From positions 25,007 through 89,006 of the forward strand of contig CAYLMJ010000003.1 in assembly GCA_964384995.1 (NCBI GenBank): 64,000 nucleotides of DNA, read 5' to 3'. Shown here one piece after another: positions 34,531-45,212 of this stretch. The notes under the pieces were generated by a model that saw nothing but the letters and a program-made list of their open reading frames with translations, was not told the origin of the DNA and did no database searches. The position numbers were made by a program, and so were the translations under genes. The number at the start of each line of letters is the position of its first letter. Position 1 is the first letter of the stretch. The stretch is from an uncultured archaeon. GTDB taxonomy: Archaea; Thermoplasmatota; Poseidoniia; MGIII; CAYLMJ01.

Positions 34531-35784
34531 TCAGGTTCCAGCCGAGTAATCAGAGGCGTAGGCTATCTGCTCCTCGGTGAGCACGTCCAGCTCGAAACCC
34601 ATGGTGGAGAGCTTCAGGGCTGCTATCTCCTGATCCTGCTCCTTGGTCAGGTCGTAGACCCCCGGGGCCATCTTCTCGTTGGTGGCCAGATGGATCATCG
34701 ACATCAGCTGGTTGGCGAACGACATGTCCATGACCTCCGAGGGGTGGCCCTCGGCGGCGGCCAGGTTCACCAGCCTCCCCTGGGCCAGCAGGTAGAGCTT
34801 GCGTCCGTCCTTCATCGTGTACTCCTCCGTGTTCTCGCGGATGGTGCGCTTGCCGCTGGCCAGCTCCTCCAGTTCCACGATGTTCAGCTCGCAGTCGTAG
34901 TGACCGGTGTTGCAAAAGATGGCGCCCTCCCGCATGCGCTCGAAGTGGCGGCCGCGGATGACGTCCTTCATGCCGGTGGCGGTGATGTAGATGTCGCCCA
35001 GGATGGCGGCCTCGTCCATGGGCATCACCTCGAAGCCTTCCAGCGTGGCCTTCAGGGCGGCGATGGGGTCCACCTCGGTGACGATGACCCTTGCGCCCAG
35101 GCCCCGGGCCCGCTTGGCAAGCCCCGAGCCGCAATGACCGTAGCCGGCCACCACGAAGTTCTTGCCCGCCACCAGGACCGAAGTGGCCCTCAGGATGCCG
35201 TCCAGGCTCGACTGGCCGGTGCCGTAGACGTTGTCGAAGTCCCACTTGGTCTCGGCGTCGTTCACCGCCATGACCGGGTAGAGCAGCTTTCCGTCGTCGG
35301 CCATGGCCCGCAGGCGGTGGACCCCGGTGGTGGTCTCCTCGGTGCCGCCGATGATGTCCCGGGCCAGGTCCCGGTAGCGGTTGTGGACGGTGAAGATGAG
35401 GTCTGCGCCGTCGTCCAGGGTCAGGGTGGGTTTGAAGTCAAGGGTCCGGTCTATGGACCAGTAGAAGTCCTCGGTGGACTGACCGTGCCAGGCGTAGACC
35501 GAGAAGCCGTCATCCACCAGGGCGGCGGCGATCTCGTCCTGGGTGGAGAGGGGGTTGCAACCCGACCAGCTTATCTCGGCCCCGGTGGCGCGCAGGGCCT
35601 CCATCAGGATGGCGGTCTCCTTGGTCACGTGGAGACATCCGGCGATGCGCTGCCCCTTGAGGGGCTGTTCCTCGGCATAGCGCTCGATGAGGGCTGCCAG
35701 CACGGGCATCCTGGATCGGGCCCAGTCCATCTTCAGCTTGCCCTTCTCGGCCAGGGAGGGGTCGGCGATCTTGTGGTCGGTCAT
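34531..35784 (-). CDS. ahcY: Adenosylhomocysteinase
   Basis: GCLHVTKET, CNPLSTQD, EETTTGV, FDNVYGTGQS, GRLVNL..AEGHPSEVMDMSF. Confidence 0.97.
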   Translation of the reverse strand: MTDHKIADPSLAEKGKLKMDWARSRMPVLAALIERYAEEQPLKGQRIAGCLHVTKETAILMEALRATGAEISWSGCNPLSTQDEIAAALVDDGFSVYAWHGQSTEDFYWSIDRTLDFKPTLTLDDGADLIFTVHNRYRDLARDIIGGTEETTTGVHRLRAMADDGKLLYPVMAVNDAETKWDFDNVYGTGQSSLDGILRATSVLVAGKNFVVAGYGHCGSGLAKRARGLGARVIVTEVDPIAALKATLEGFEVMPMDEAAILGDIYITATGMKDVIRGRHFERMREGAIFCNTGHYDCELNIVELEELASGKRTIRENTEEYTMKDGRKLYLLAQGRLVNLAAAEGHPSEVMDMSFANQLMSMIHLATNEKMAPGVYDLTKEQDQEIAALKLSTMGFELDVLTEEQIAYASDYSAGT

Positions 35785-35847
35785 TTTGCCACCGCACTTT
35801 CAGATGATTGGCCTTATTAATATTTACCATTGTTCAAGAACAATAGC

Positions 35848-35934
35848 TGGACATATATTGTTGGTTGTCCAAAATTGCTGGACGAATGTGCGATAATTAT
35901 TAGTATTTGCTGGACATATCGATTTCCATGTCCC
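35848..35934. promoter_or_regulatory. Phased operator sites between ahcY and Lrp-family gene
   Basis: TGGACA-N12-TGTCCA at 35848-35871, TGGACA-N12-TGTCCC at 35911-35934, half-site TGGAC at 35879. Confidence 0.6.
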
Positions 35935-36377
35935 TTGCCCAGATAGCCCCCGACCTGGATGAGCGGGATCGCGCCATACTGAAGTATCTCCATCTCCAGG
36001 GTCGGGCCTCGGTGCGCACCATAGCCCGGTCCGTGGGTCTGCCCCCTTCCACCGTTCACGCCCGCATGGCCCGCCTGGAGCGTCAGGGTGTGGTTACCAA
36101 CTACTCGGTGAACCTGGAACCCCAGCGCCTGGGTCTGGGCTTCGTGGCCTTCATCCTGGTCTCGGGCACCGCCGAGCGTTACCTGGAGGAGGAGTTCCTG
36201 GCCCGCCCCGAGGTGGAGGAGGTGGCCGGCATCACCGGCGAGTACGACCTTCTGCTCAAGGTGCGCCTGCCCAGCCTGGAGGACTTCAACACCTTCCTGA
36301 TGGACTTCCGGGACCGGTACGACGCCTACCTGGACAAGACCATCACCATGGTCCGCACCGCCAACCTGAAAGAATGA
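35928..36377 (+). CDS. Lrp/AsnC family transcriptional regulator
   Basis: LDERDRAILKYL...ASVRTIARSVGLPPSTVHARMARLE HTH; ITGEYDLLLKV RAM domain. Confidence 0.93.
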   Translation: MSLAQIAPDLDERDRAILKYLHLQGRASVRTIARSVGLPPSTVHARMARLERQGVVTNYSVNLEPQRLGLGFVAFILVSGTAERYLEEEFLARPEVEEVAGITGEYDLLLKVRLPSLEDFNTFLMDFRDRYDAYLDKTITMVRTANLKE

Positions 36378-36431
36378 GAGCTGTCGGCTGAAAGTTGGTA
36401 TCGCCCCGACCGTCGCGGTTCCCGGTGCTCC

Positions 36432-36689
36432 CTAATCCTTCTCCTCTTTCTTGTCCTTGGGAACCGGAGGAGGCGCCGCCGGTCCCGGAGGGGGCGGGGG
36501 CAGGTTGGGCATCTCGGGTATGGAGGGGGTGTGAATCCCCTCGGCTTCCTGGGGGTCTTTCTCTTCCACCTCGAGCCAGCCCCGGCCACTGCAGGAGAGG
36601 CAGGGCATGCCGGCCATCTGCATGACACCTCCGGTCTGGGGAACGGTCTTCCCCGTGCCAAGGCAGGTCGGGCATCGAGTACGATTCAT
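36432..36689 (-). CDS. Small protein with DnaJ-type CxxCxGxG zinc-finger pair and Pro-rich tail
   Basis: CPTCLGTG ... CLSCSGRG from ATG 36689. Confidence 0.65.
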   Translation of the reverse strand: MNRTRCPTCLGTGKTVPQTGGVMQMAGMPCLSCSGRGWLEVEEKDPQEAEGIHTPSIPEMPNLPPPPPGPAAPPPVPKDKKEEKD

Positions 36690-36988
36690 GATTGGGACCC
36701 CGGGTAGCAAGCTCGATTTTGGAGGTATTTCAACGGCCACTGGCATATATGCCTTTAGGTTGAGCATAGATTGAGCAAAGTTGGGGAGGCCAGCAGGTGG
36801 GTGGAACGGTGGGATCGAGGGATGATGTGCCCCGTTCATCGTTGTAAGATTAAATTTAATGATAGATAATGATAATTAATTATATTTAGTTACAATTAAT
36901 TAAAATTACTTACGCCGTCCGACGATGGCCAGACCATACTTATATATAATGACCTCACGTTGTTTTTAGCCCTATTTCAGGAGATACC

Positions 36989-38032
36989 ATGACAAGCCTG
37001 TATGAAGCCATGAAGGACCTGGCCACCGGTACGGTGGGCACCCTCCTGACCGAGAGCCTGGAGTTCTGCCGCTCGATACTGCAGACCGTTTCCCGCTCAT
37101 TCGCCCTGACCATCCCCATGGTCGAGCACAACATCCTGGTCCCCATCATGGTGGGCTACCTGGAGGCCCGCATCCTGGACAGCTTCGAGGACGAGGTGGG
37201 CCGCAAGGAGACCACCATGGAACAGCGCATGCAGGCCATGGACACCATCATGGAGATAATCGACAACCCCGAGTCCGAGACCGCCCAGGAGAAGATCAAG
37301 CACATCTCGGGCATGGCCGGCGACTACATCTCCAACCCCCACTACCAGAAGCTGGTGGAGAACTTCGAATCGGTCGTGCGGGTCCACCGGACCTTCGATC
37401 AGGCCACCAAGGACTCCATGTCGTTCTGGCTCAACGAGATGAACTTCGGCATGAAGAAGTTCCTGGAGCTCTCCATCCGCAACTTCGAGGACCTGGACGA
37501 GTACTGCTACTACGTGGCCGGCACCCCCAGCGGCTTCCTCACCGAGCTCATCATCAACAACTCCGACGACCTGACCCCCGAGCAGGAGGCCACCCTGAAG
37601 CGCACCGAGCGTGATTTCGGCCTCTTCCTGCAGAAGGTCAACATCATCCGCGACTTCCGCGAGGATATCCAGCGCAACGAGAAGATCTTCTGGCCCGACT
37701 GCCTCTTCGAGCCCCACGGCCTGGTGCCCAGGGACATGCTGGACGAGGACAACCGGCAGGTGGCAATGGAGGCCCTGGCGGCCATGCTGACCAACGCCTC
37801 CCAGCATATCCAGCCGGTCAAGGACTACCTCAACGCCATCCCCGAGCAGTACAAGGGCTTTCGCAAGGGCGCGGCGGTCAACTTCCAGATGGGCGTTTCC
37901 ACCCTCAAGGCCATGACCGAGAACGACAAGGTGTTCTTCAGCGACAAGCCGGTGAAGATCGACCACGAGACCCGGGACCGCATCCTGGCCGACCCCCTGG
38001 AAGGCATCCTGACCCCGATGGTCTCGAAATAG
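36989..38032 (+). CDS. Squalene/phytoene synthase family protein (squalene-synthase-like)
   Basis: VSRSFAL, YL.ARILDSFED, LDEYCYYVAG, FGLFLQKVNIIRDF.ED. Confidence 0.88.
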   Translation: MTSLYEAMKDLATGTVGTLLTESLEFCRSILQTVSRSFALTIPMVEHNILVPIMVGYLEARILDSFEDEVGRKETTMEQRMQAMDTIMEIIDNPESETAQEKIKHISGMAGDYISNPHYQKLVENFESVVRVHRTFDQATKDSMSFWLNEMNFGMKKFLELSIRNFEDLDEYCYYVAGTPSGFLTELIINNSDDLTPEQEATLKRTERDFGLFLQKVNIIRDFREDIQRNEKIFWPDCLFEPHGLVPRDMLDEDNRQVAMEALAAMLTNASQHIQPVKDYLNAIPEQYKGFRKGAAVNFQMGVSTLKAMTENDKVFFSDKPVKIDHETRDRILADPLEGILTPMVSK

Positions 38033-38113
38033 AACCCTTCCTCTCGTCATTCCTACCTTCATTCGTCAATATTCATCGACGAAGCCCTTATTAGGCCAAT
38101 AGCCCAAAGCTGC

Positions 38114-41100
38114 TTGACCCCCATGCAGACTCGTTCTCACTCCTCGGCGGTGTTCACCGCCCTGCTGGCAACCTTGCTGGCAGCCTTTGTGGGCCTGCTG
38201 ATATTCACCCCTCCCGCCGCGGCCGCGCCCTCCACGGGCGAGGTCCAGGTGGCGGTCATCCTGGCCAACTTCTCGGACATGGATTTCGAGGAGGAGCACA
38301 ACGTGAGCTACTTCGAGGCCCTCAGCTTCAACCTCACGGGTCCTTCGTTCAGGAACTACTACCTGGAGGCCTCGTACGGCAACCTGAACCTGACGGGGGT
38401 CGTGGTCGAGGTCAACCTGTCCGAGAGCCGCGAGTACTACTCCACACGGGGCTTGCAGTTCATCCGGGATTCGGCAGATGAGGCCGACGATGACATCGAT
38501 TACACCGACATCGACGCCATCATCGCTGTCCATCCCGGTGCCGGTGGCGAGAGCTCGGGGGACAGCACCGACCTCTGGTCGGTCCATTACTCGGGCACCT
38601 CCATCTCCACCGATGAGCGTCCCTTCAGCGAGGCCTCCATCATCCCCGAGTACGAGCAGTCCAACGGCCAGCAACCGCCCCTGGGAGTGATGGTCCACGA
38701 GTTCGGCCACGAGCTCCACCTTCCCGACCTCTACGACACCGATGACAGCTCAGAGGGCATCGGCAGCTGGGGCGTCATGGCCGCCGGCTCCTGGAACGAC
38801 TACGGACGGACCCCGGGCCATCCCAGCGCCTGGTGCAAGATCGAGCTGGGCTGGGTGACCCCCATCGTGGTCACCGAGGACACCCTGAACGTCATCCTGG
38901 ACCCCTGGACCGAGGACGATACGCTCTACAAACTACCCATCCCGGCCAACGAGAGCGACTCGGACGAGTACTTCCTGCTCACCAACCGCCAGCTTCAGGA
39001 TTACGACGAGCACTTGCCCGGCGCCGGCCTGCTCATCTGGCACATCGACGACAGTCGCTCCAACAACCGGGACGAGAACCACAAGCTGGTGGACCTGGAG
39101 GAGGCCGACGGTCGCAACGACCTGGACAAGCCCCGCGGCGGAGGTGGCAACCGGGGCGACGCCGACGACCCCTGGACCGGCGATGAGGGCTCCTTCACCC
39201 AGACCTCGAGCCCCAACTCCACCGCCTACGACGGCTCCGACAGCGGCTGGCGCATCACCAACATCGCCCTGGACGGCGACCAGGTCAGCTTCGATATCCG
39301 GCTCTTCATGCCTCCTGTGGCCATTGCCGATGCCGAGAAGGGTGTTGTGCTCCCTGGCGAGGAGCTCAACTTCACCGGTTCGGACTCCTACGATGAGGAT
39401 GGCGATATCGTCACCTATCTGTGGGATTTCGGCGACGGCAACACCAGCGGCGAGGCCGACCCCTCCCACACCTACGATACCTACGGGACCTACATAGTCT
39501 CCCTGACGGTGACCGATGACGACGGGGTCAACTCCACCACCACCATCACCATCTACGTCAACGCCCCCCCGGTGCCGGTGATCGAGGTGGCCCGCCTGAC
39601 CCTGCTCACCGGAGAGAAACTCTTCTTCAACGGTACCGGTTCGTACGACCCTGACGGGACCATCTTCTTCTGGATGTGGAACTTCGACGATGGCGGCAGC
39701 TCCACCAAGGTGGCCCTCAACCACACCTTTGACGATGACGGCATCTACAACGTGACCCTGCAGGTGATGGATGACCGCAGCACCATCGCCACCGGCTATG
39801 TCCTCATCACCGTGCTCAACCGGGCGCCGGTGGCCAACTTCACGGCCGACCCGCTGGTGGGCGACACCACCACCCTCTTCACCTTCAATTTCACCGGTGG
39901 TGACAGCGACGGCACCATCGCCCTCTACCTCTGGGACTTTGGCGATGGGGCCAACTCCTCCACCGCCCCGGTCTCCCACATGTTCGACAGCTCGGGCAAC
40001 TACACCATCAACCTCACCATCTGGGATGACGATGGCGCCATGGACAACGCCTCGCTGAACATCACCATCACCAACGCCCCTCCCGTGGCGGTCGTTCCAG
40101 AACGGCCAGGTGTCTGGGCGGCGGGCGAGCCCCTCTCCCTGAACGGCTCGGGCAGCTACGACCCCGAGGATGCCCTGACCCTGCTGACCTGGGAGCTCTC
40201 CAACGGCCTGAACAGCACCCAGGGACTCTTCAACCTCACCCTGGAGCCCGGTCGCTACCAGGTCTGGTTCAATCTCACCGACGCCGGGGAAGCCACCACC
40301 GGGGTCAACTGGACCCTCGATGTGGAACCCCGACCCGTCGCGGTGCTGTATGCCCACCGGATAACAGCCGCCGTGGGGCAGATCGTCAGGTTCTCCAGCG
40401 ATGGCAGTGGCGGTGGCACCGACTGGTTCTGGGATCTTGGGGACGGGAGCAATTCAACCCTGCTTGAGAACACCAGCAGGATCTACTCCTCCACCGGCAA
40501 CTACACGGTGACCCTGCGCATCACCAGCCCCCTGGGTCTGGTCAGCAACCTCACCCCCGCCAGCCAGCAGATCATCCAGGTCTTCCCCAGGCCGGTGGCC
40601 AACCTCACCCTCCCCCTGGGCCCCTATCACCAGTGGCTGCCCCTGACCCTCAACGCCAGCGGGTCACAGTCCGGCTGGGGCGCCCTGGAGTACGGCTATC
40701 GCATCGACAACGGGACCTGGACCGGTTACAATTCCAACGCCACCCACACCCTCAACCCCAGCACCGGTGGGAACCACACCTTCAGCCTGCGGGTCCAGGA
40801 TGGCAACGATGTGGTGGACCAGACCAACAGCACCATCTACATCAACTGGGCCCCCGAGCTGAGCTGGTCGATGGAGCCCCTGAACCCCGAGGTGGGACAG
40901 CTGGTCAACCTGACCCTGAACCTCACCGACCGGGACGACAATGCCACCCAGTTCAGCCTCAACTGGAGCGAGGGCGCCCTGGTGAACCAGACCATCGACC
41001 TGCCGGCCAACCTGACCTTCAACCACACCTTCACCCAGGAGGGCGAGATCGAGGTGCGGGTGGTGCTGACCCTGGAGGGCGGTTCCCGACTCAGCTGGGT

Positions 41101-41605
41101 CTGGCCGCTGACCGTGGACCCCGAGTACGTGGAGCCCGAGGAGCCCGAGAACAGGACCACCGACCTGCGGGTGGGCAGTCTCACCGCCTTCTCCACCTCC
41201 GGTGGGAGTCCGGCCCCCGCTGACAACACCCGGCTGTCGGCCCTTGTTGCGTGGCTTCCCGAGACCGAGGACAACCGGACCTCCCTGGTGGTGGAGGTGG
41301 AGTTCACCCTGGATGGCAATTCCCTGGCCACTCGGACCATCACCCTGTCTCCGGACCAGGAGCAGTCGGTGAGCGTCTTCTGGACCGCTGTCAAGGGCAG
41401 TCATGTCCTGCTGGTGGAGATCGATCCCCAGGGGCACCACAACGATACCGAACTTGGCGACAACATGGGCACCTACAAGTTCTCGGTGGAGGAGCCAACC
41501 TCGGATGAGGGTGGCTTCCTGCCCGCCCTGGGCCTGCCCGGCCTGCTGATGGTCCTGGCGTTGGCTGTGGGGGTCATCCGGTCGAGGCGAGGGGTTCGGC
41601 GTTAG
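38114..41605 (+). CDS. M6 (immune inhibitor A-like) metalloprotease with PKD repeats, CARDB and C-terminal anchor
   Basis: HEFGHELHLPDLYD, WGVMAAGSW, GLLIWHID; multiple WDFGDG PKD motifs; FLPALG + TM + RR tail. Start may be ATG 38123. Confidence 0.92.
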   Translation: MTPMQTRSHSSAVFTALLATLLAAFVGLLIFTPPAAAAPSTGEVQVAVILANFSDMDFEEEHNVSYFEALSFNLTGPSFRNYYLEASYGNLNLTGVVVEVNLSESREYYSTRGLQFIRDSADEADDDIDYTDIDAIIAVHPGAGGESSGDSTDLWSVHYSGTSISTDERPFSEASIIPEYEQSNGQQPPLGVMVHEFGHELHLPDLYDTDDSSEGIGSWGVMAAGSWNDYGRTPGHPSAWCKIELGWVTPIVVTEDTLNVILDPWTEDDTLYKLPIPANESDSDEYFLLTNRQLQDYDEHLPGAGLLIWHIDDSRSNNRDENHKLVDLEEADGRNDLDKPRGGGGNRGDADDPWTGDEGSFTQTSSPNSTAYDGSDSGWRITNIALDGDQVSFDIRLFMPPVAIADAEKGVVLPGEELNFTGSDSYDEDGDIVTYLWDFGDGNTSGEADPSHTYDTYGTYIVSLTVTDDDGVNSTTTITIYVNAPPVPVIEVARLTLLTGEKLFFNGTGSYDPDGTIFFWMWNFDDGGSSTKVALNHTFDDDGIYNVTLQVMDDRSTIATGYVLITVLNRAPVANFTADPLVGDTTTLFTFNFTGGDSDGTIALYLWDFGDGANSSTAPVSHMFDSSGNYTINLTIWDDDGAMDNASLNITITNAPPVAVVPERPGVWAAGEPLSLNGSGSYDPEDALTLLTWELSNGLNSTQGLFNLTLEPGRYQVWFNLTDAGEATTGVNWTLDVEPRPVAVLYAHRITAAVGQIVRFSSDGSGGGTDWFWDLGDGSNSTLLENTSRIYSSTGNYTVTLRITSPLGLVSNLTPASQQIIQVFPRPVANLTLPLGPYHQWLPLTLNASGSQSGWGALEYGYRIDNGTWTGYNSNATHTLNPSTGGNHTFSLRVQDGNDVVDQTNSTIYINWAPELSWSMEPLNPEVGQLVNLTLNLTDRDDNATQFSLNWSEGALVNQTIDLPANLTFNHTFTQEGEIEVRVVLTLEGGSRLSWVWPLTVDPEYVEPEEPENRTTDLRVGSLTAFSTSGGSPAPADNTRLSALVAWLPETEDNRTSLVVEVEFTLDGNSLATRTITLSPDQEQSVSVFWTAVKGSHVLLVEIDPQGHHNDTELGDNMGTYKFSVEEPTSDEGGFLPALGLPGLLMVLALAVGVIRSRRGVRR

Positions 41606-41696
41606 GGCAAGGATGGGCCTCGTGCTCGGTCCTGTGCCTCCCTTCATATGACTTTCTCGAGTTCCTCCTTACATTGGGGTAACCATTAAGGCCCCG

Positions 41697-44600
41697 GTGG
41701 CGACTGGAGGGATGGTGTCCCTGGCTCGGCGTTCCCTGCCCTCATTGCCCCTTTTAGGTTGCCTGATGGCGATCGCGGGGCTGACCTTCCTGTTCCTGCT
41801 GACGCTGTCCATGGTACCCTCAGCCTCGGCCGAGGCTCCCGATCTGATCAACATCGAGGCCATCGTGGGTGCTTCCAACGATGATGGGGACGAGCTGGTG
41901 AACGATCTGGTCTTCATCGCCCATCAGGAGGATCGGGAGATATCGGGCCTGGAGATCCGAATCTATCTGAATGACATCGAGATCGACTCGGCCATCACCG
42001 ATGATGAGGGTGGGGCGGGCTTTGCCAACCTTACCGACGGCAACTACTCCTGGCGCGCCTTCCAGTTAGACCAACAGCTGACCTACGAAGGTGGCAACTG
42101 CATTGTCAACTTCGCAGGGGACCGGGGCACCAGCACCTATCTCATGGATATCGACGATGACGGTGCCCACGACGATCTGTTCCTCATGATCCCCAATGGC
42201 ACCGGGGAGGGCCAGCCCGAGGGCTACTACGAGATCTACAACGAGACCAGCGACCTTGTGGCCTCGGGACACACCAACCTCTCGGCCGAACCCTTCGGCA
42301 ACATCTCAATCGTGCTCGACCTGGTACCGGCCAACTACACCTTCTATCTCTGGACCAACGAGAGTGGCACTCTCCTGCAGAACGGCTCCTTCAACACCCA
42401 TCCTGCACCTGTCGATTCCAACGAATGGTTCGCCGACTGGTTCTACGAATACGAGGACCGCGACAGCGATGGACGGGACGACTGGGTCATGGTCCACTAC
42501 GACGTGGACACCGGCGACCCCCAGATGACGGTGAACGTCACCTGGGTCATCGAGAACTCCACCGGCGTCGAGCTGGTCAACGTCACCGACCCCTTCACCG
42601 CCCCCAACGGGACCGTGGACCATCGCAACCTCTCCTGGCTCTGCTCGGCCGGCGATGACTACACGTTCCGCCTCCACCTGTTCGACGAGAACAACACCCT
42701 GGAGGATTCCAACTCATCCCTGGCGACCCTGGACCTCTACAGCCTGCCTCCGCTGGTGAACTTCAGCTCGCCCCAGCCGGACACCATGGTGTGGGGGGTG
42801 GTGAACCTGACAGGCAACGCCTCGGACCCCGATGGCGACTCCACCCTGGAACTGGTCGAGGTGCGCTACCAGGGAGGCGACTGGGCCAATGCCACTCCCC
42901 TGGGCGGCGACTGGACCCTCTGGTACCACCACTGGGATACCGGGAGCCTGCCCGAGGGCCTCTACGACCTGGAGGCCAGGGCCTACGATGGCGACAACCA
43001 CTCCCTGGTGGCCCGAATGAGCCTGGAGGTCAACCACAACGACCCGCCCGCGGTGACCGTGGACAGCCCCCAGGAGGGGGCCCAGGTCCGGGGCAACATC
43101 ACCATCCGCGGTCATGCCATGGACCCCGACGGCGCGGCCAATCTGTCGGCGATCCAGGTCAGCCTGGACGACATCGGCTTCGATCAACCCTGGTTCGTCC
43201 CCGGAGCCTCCAGCTGGAACCTCAAGTGGAACACCAGCCATGCCTCCAACGGCGACCATACCCTCTACTTCAGGGCCCTTGACCACGGTGGACTCCACTC
43301 ACCGGTGGTCCAGGTCAACTTCACCATCCTGGCCAACCAGGCCCCCTCCATCGAGGTCCAGAGTCCCGAGATGCTGGTGAAACCCCAGGACTGGCTGGTG
43401 GACATAGCCTGGGAGGCCCAGGATCCGGAGGGTGACGACATGACCGTCAAACTGAGCGTGGAGCCGGTGGGCGAGCCCGAGGAGCGCGTGACCATTGCCA
43501 CCGGTCTGCCGGCCAGCGGGACCCACACCTGGAACTGCTCGGGCTTCGAGGTCGGGATATACCGCATCTGGGGCCGGGTGACCGATTCCTTCGGGGACCA
43601 CGATTCCGACTCGCCCAGCGGCAGGGTGGATGTGCCCAAGGTTGTGGTCTACTTCCTGAACCCCGCTCCCGCCGGCGACATCGCCGATGAGCTCTACCGG
43701 GTGAGATGGGTGGTGGATGGCTACGACGGCTCCCGCACCACCGATGTCTTCCTGGACAACGACACCGACGCAGAGAACGAGGGCGCCGTGACCCTGGTCA
43801 ACCTCCAGAAGCAGACCAGCTTCGATTGGGACACCTCCCAGCTGGCCGAGGGGACCTACTACCTGCGACTCAACGTCACCGTGGATGTCCTCTTCCTGGT
43901 CTCGGTCTTCTCGGGTCCCCTGGAGGTGATCCACCAGGACCAGCCCCAGCAGCTGGCCAACCTCACCATCAGCCCCATCGAGCTGAAGGAGGGCACCAGC
44001 GTCGAGTTCTCCATTGAGGTGATCAACCCTGGTTCGGGTAGCCAGCGGATGAACATCACCTACGTGATGGACAGCGTCCTGCTGGCCCAGAAGGATCTCT
44101 TCGTCGACAAGAAGGATATGCAGAGGGACTACCTCTACTGGACGGCCACACCGGGCGAGCACACCCTCCAGGTCCGGGTCTACCGCTGGCACCACGACGG
44201 CTTCGACCAGGAGCTGGAGCTGACCTTCATCGTGGAGGGTACCGCCAAGCCGGCCTCGACCGATGAGGACAACTCGCCCTGGCCCATGATCCTCATCATC
44301 GCCCTGACCCTGGTCATCCTGGTGGGCGCTCTCCTGGTCACCCGGGTCATCCCGGTGGACGAGCTCCTGGAGGGCAGAGCGTACGGCGGGAGAGGACCGC
44401 CACCCTCGACCCGGTCGTTATCGAGACCGGGAACGCCACGCTCACCAGACCTGCCGCCTCATGCGGCCCCATCCTCACCATCACCCTCATCGCCCTCCTC
44501 ACCATCTGAACCATCCTCCCCCTCTTCACCTCCCCCCGATGAAAGCGACGTGGATTTTGGCGAGGACACAGATGCTCCCGACCCGGATGCCGGGAAGGAG

Positions 44601-44864
44601 GATGGCGAGATCGAGTTCGAGGATGAGGCCTCCCCCGATGTGGAGTTCGAGGATGACTTAGAGAAAAAGACCGGAACCGGGGAGGGGCCGGAGACAGGGG
44701 CCGATGAGGGTAGTGACACAGCGGCTCCCGCCGATGCTCCCGAACCTGACACCGGGAAGGATGATGGCGGGTCTGGCGAGAAGGCCAACGGCCCCGGCAA
44801 GGACAGGGTCGATGGAGCAGAAGCCGGGCAGGACGGCGACGCTGGACCATCCGAGAGGGATTGA
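41697..44864 (+). CDS. Large surface glycoprotein-like protein with Ig-like (Big) domains, TM and acidic cytoplasmic tail
   Basis: Signal peptide, repeats PxVxxxSP...GxAxDPDG...WxxxWDT, many N-x-S/T sequons, TM PMILIIALTLVILVGALLV, Pro/Ser/acidic tail. Confidence 0.8.
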   Translation: MATGGMVSLARRSLPSLPLLGCLMAIAGLTFLFLLTLSMVPSASAEAPDLINIEAIVGASNDDGDELVNDLVFIAHQEDREISGLEIRIYLNDIEIDSAITDDEGGAGFANLTDGNYSWRAFQLDQQLTYEGGNCIVNFAGDRGTSTYLMDIDDDGAHDDLFLMIPNGTGEGQPEGYYEIYNETSDLVASGHTNLSAEPFGNISIVLDLVPANYTFYLWTNESGTLLQNGSFNTHPAPVDSNEWFADWFYEYEDRDSDGRDDWVMVHYDVDTGDPQMTVNVTWVIENSTGVELVNVTDPFTAPNGTVDHRNLSWLCSAGDDYTFRLHLFDENNTLEDSNSSLATLDLYSLPPLVNFSSPQPDTMVWGVVNLTGNASDPDGDSTLELVEVRYQGGDWANATPLGGDWTLWYHHWDTGSLPEGLYDLEARAYDGDNHSLVARMSLEVNHNDPPAVTVDSPQEGAQVRGNITIRGHAMDPDGAANLSAIQVSLDDIGFDQPWFVPGASSWNLKWNTSHASNGDHTLYFRALDHGGLHSPVVQVNFTILANQAPSIEVQSPEMLVKPQDWLVDIAWEAQDPEGDDMTVKLSVEPVGEPEERVTIATGLPASGTHTWNCSGFEVGIYRIWGRVTDSFGDHDSDSPSGRVDVPKVVVYFLNPAPAGDIADELYRVRWVVDGYDGSRTTDVFLDNDTDAENEGAVTLVNLQKQTSFDWDTSQLAEGTYYLRLNVTVDVLFLVSVFSGPLEVIHQDQPQQLANLTISPIELKEGTSVEFSIEVINPGSGSQRMNITYVMDSVLLAQKDLFVDKKDMQRDYLYWTATPGEHTLQVRVYRWHHDGFDQELELTFIVEGTAKPASTDEDNSPWPMILIIALTLVILVGALLVTRVIPVDELLEGRAYGGRGPPPSTRSLSRPGTPRSPDLPPHAAPSSPSPSSPSSPSEPSSPSSPPPDESDVDFGEDTDAPDPDAGKEDGEIEFEDEASPDVEFEDDLEKKTGTGEGPETGADEGSDTAAPADAPEPDTGKDDGGSGEKANGPGKDRVDGAEAGQDGDAGPSERD

Positions 44865-44915
44865 GCAGCTCCCGGCAGCCTTTGAGCTTATTACCCAGAA
44901 TTCCATGTCCCGGCC

Positions 44916-45209
44916 ATGGTCCGGATCAAAGTGGTCCCCCTGGCCGGGGCGCCCAACTACAAGTTCGAGGTGACCGTCACCGAGAGGCGCAACGACTTCA
45001 CCACCCATGTGGTCACCATGGCCCAGGCCGACTTCTCCCGCTACGCCCAGACCCGCAGTGCCTTCGTCTCCCCCGAGCACGTCATCGAGACCGCCTTCGA
45101 GTTCCTGCTGGAGCAAGAGCCAAAGGAGTCGATCATGGCCAACTTCGACATCACCGTCATCTCCCACTTCTTCCCCGATTTCGAACGGACCCTGGTCGGG
45201 AGGCTGTGA
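44916..45209 (+). CDS. Small hypothetical protein
   Basis: Host-like codon usage, FEFLLEQEPKESIMANFDITVISHFFPDFE; ends 3 bp before the next start. Confidence 0.75.
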   Translation: MVRIKVVPLAGAPNYKFEVTVTERRNDFTTHVVTMAQADFSRYAQTRSAFVSPEHVIETAFEFLLEQEPKESIMANFDITVISHFFPDFERTLVGRL

Positions 45210-45212
45210 GCC

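Noticed and set aside
36841..36960. Replication origin in the AT-rich patch
   Set aside because: No ORB-like repeats or cdc6/orc1 gene nearby; better explained as a divergent promoter region
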